Assembly: GCA_964016885.1 (NCBI GenBank)
Contig: OZ024758.1
Location: 36,890,001-36,954,000 of the forward strand
Direction of reading: 5' to 3'
DNA: 64,000 nucleotides
Origin: Eledone cirrhosa
Lineage: Eukaryota
Shown here: positions 63,101 through 64,000 of the stretch, piece by piece
How positions within the stretch are numbered: the first letter of the stretch is position 1
Layout: every line of letters starts with the position of its first letter
Position numbers and translations under genes: made by a program
The notes under the pieces: generated by a model
The model's input: only the letters and a program-made list of their open reading frames with translations
What the model was told of the DNA's origin: nothing
The model's database searches: none

Positions 63101-64000
63101 ATGGTACTAGCTGTCAGAAGTAACTCCACTGTTGGTGAGAATTCATTTAAGTTCATGGTATTAGCTGTCAGAAGTAACTCCACTGTTGGTGAGAATTGAT
63201 TTAAGTTCATGGTACTAGCTGTCAGAAGTAACTCCACTGTTGGTGAGAATTCAGTTAAGTTCATGGTACTAGCCGTCAGAAGTAACTCCACTGTTGGTGA
63301 GGATTCAGTTAAGTTCATGGTATTAGTTGTCAGAAGAAACTCCACTGTTGGTGAGAATTCATTTAAGTTCATGGTACTAGCTGTCAGAAGTAACTCCACT
63401 GTTGGTGAGAATTCATTTAAGTTCATGGTATTAGCTGTCAGAAGTAACTCCACTGTTGGTGAGAATTCATTTAAGTCATGGTATTAGTTGTCAGAAGTAA
63501 CTCCAATGTTGGTGAGAATTCATTTAAGTTCATGGTACTAGCTGTCAGAAGTAACTCCACTGTTGGTGAGAATTCATTTAAGTTCATGGTATTAGCTGTC
63601 AGAAGTAACTCCACTGTTGGTGAGAATTCATTTAAGTCATGGTATTAGCTGTCAGAAGTAACTCCAATGTTGGTGAGAATTCATTTAAGTCTTGGTACTA
63701 GCTGTCAGAAGTAACTCCAATGTTGGTGAGAATTCAGTTAAGTTCATGGTATTAGCTGTCAGAAGGAACTCCACTGTTGGTGAGAATTCATTTAAGTTCA
63801 TGGTATTAGCTGTCAGAAGTAACTCCACTGTTGGTGAGAATTCATTTAAGTTCATGGTACTAGCTGTCAGAAGTAACTCCACTGTTGGTGAGAATTCATT
63901 TAAGTTCATGGTACTAGCCGTCAGAAGTAACTCCACTGTTGGTGAGAATTCAGTTAAGTTCATGGTATTAGTTGTCAGAAGTAACTCCACTGTTGGTGAG
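60130..64000. repeat. Local duplications at offsets 2209 bp (~60130-60790 vs ~62340-63000) and 2479 bp (~60780-61520 vs ~63260-64000)
   Basis: ORF pairs are 60298/62507, 60513/62722 and 61206/63685. Markers are TTCACGGTAC (60618/62827), AAGTCGTGG (60724/62933), AGAAGTTTACTCC (60744/62953) and GCCGTC (60793/63272). Confidence 0.8.

Larger units (their letters stand above)
1..64000. repeat. Tandem satellite array, 54-bp monomer (53-bp one-T deletion variant common), about 1,190 copies, running off both ends of the window
   Basis: The consensus ATGGTATTAGCTGTCAGAAGTAACTCCACTGTTGGTGAGAATTCATTTAAGTTC repeats head to tail throughout (example 1157-1210). Common variants are GTATTAG/GTACTAG, AGCTG/AGTTG, AAGTAAC/AAGGAAC, CCACT/CCAAT and AAGTTCATG/AAGTCATG. 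Most monomers differ from consensus at 0-3 positions. No inversion or foreign insert was seen. Confidence 0.99.

Noticed and set aside
76-63990. The many ORFs on both strands as protein-coding genes
   Set aside because: All are translations of the same 54-bp monomer. They start and stop at recurrent 1-bp indels, overlap on opposite strands, and have no unique N- or C-terminal domains.
1-64000. CRISPR array (near-constant GTTGGTGAGAATTCATTTAAG segment alternating with a more variable segment)
   Set aside because: The variable part is the same sequence with 0-3 substitutions rather than unique spacers. There is no leader or cas gene, and the period is shorter than a typical repeat plus spacer.
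1-64000. tRNA, 5S, snRNA or spliced-leader tandem gene array
   Set aside because: The unit is too short. I could not recognise a cloverleaf, paired Pol III A/B boxes, an Sm site or a known leader sequence.
1-64000. Synthetic concatemer or pure sequencing artefact, suggested by one EcoRI site per unit
   Set aside because: The variants are hierarchically nested and recur in ordered multi-kb blocks, which fits natural array evolution. The copy number of individual blocks could still be misassembled.
1-64000. A single regular higher-order repeat period, as in alpha-satellite
   Set aside because: Observed periods differ between regions (1400, 1667, 2155-2424, 3387, 4033, 4839, 5914 and 6787 bp), and each occurs only 2-5 times.
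1-64000. Telomeric repeat, transposon termini or inversions
   Set aside because: No short G-rich telomeric unit, terminal inverted repeat, LTR, target-site duplication or reverse-orientation monomer was seen.

Overview
All 64 kb is one uninterrupted, single-orientation, head-to-tail satellite array of about 1,190 monomers. The 54-bp consensus is ATGGTATTAGCTGTCAGAAGTAACTCCACTGTTGGTGAGAATTCATTTAAGTTC (37% GC, one EcoRI site, no CpG), with a common 53-bp variant. I see no unique sequence, transposon, RNA gene, CRISPR spacer or credible conventional gene. The ORF track arises because the 54-bp monomer (18 codons) is stop-free in one frame on each strand. The informative structure lies in the variant monomers. 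They define nested higher-order duplications (periods of about 1.4, 1.7, 2.2-2.4, 3.4, 4.0, 4.8, 5.9 and 6.8 kb) and alternating variant domains. A ~15-kb macro-unit (14.7-29.8 kb) is followed by a colinear copy expanded internally to ~33 kb. There are also nested mutation series and signs of short-tract conversion. The most speculative observation is that each monomer can be read as a 24-nt (or 17-nt) micro-exon plus a 30-nt (or 37-nt) GT-AG micro-intron. Offsets were derived by hand from the ORF coordinates and marker variants, and block boundaries are approximate (about one monomer). The organism cannot be identified from this sequence.
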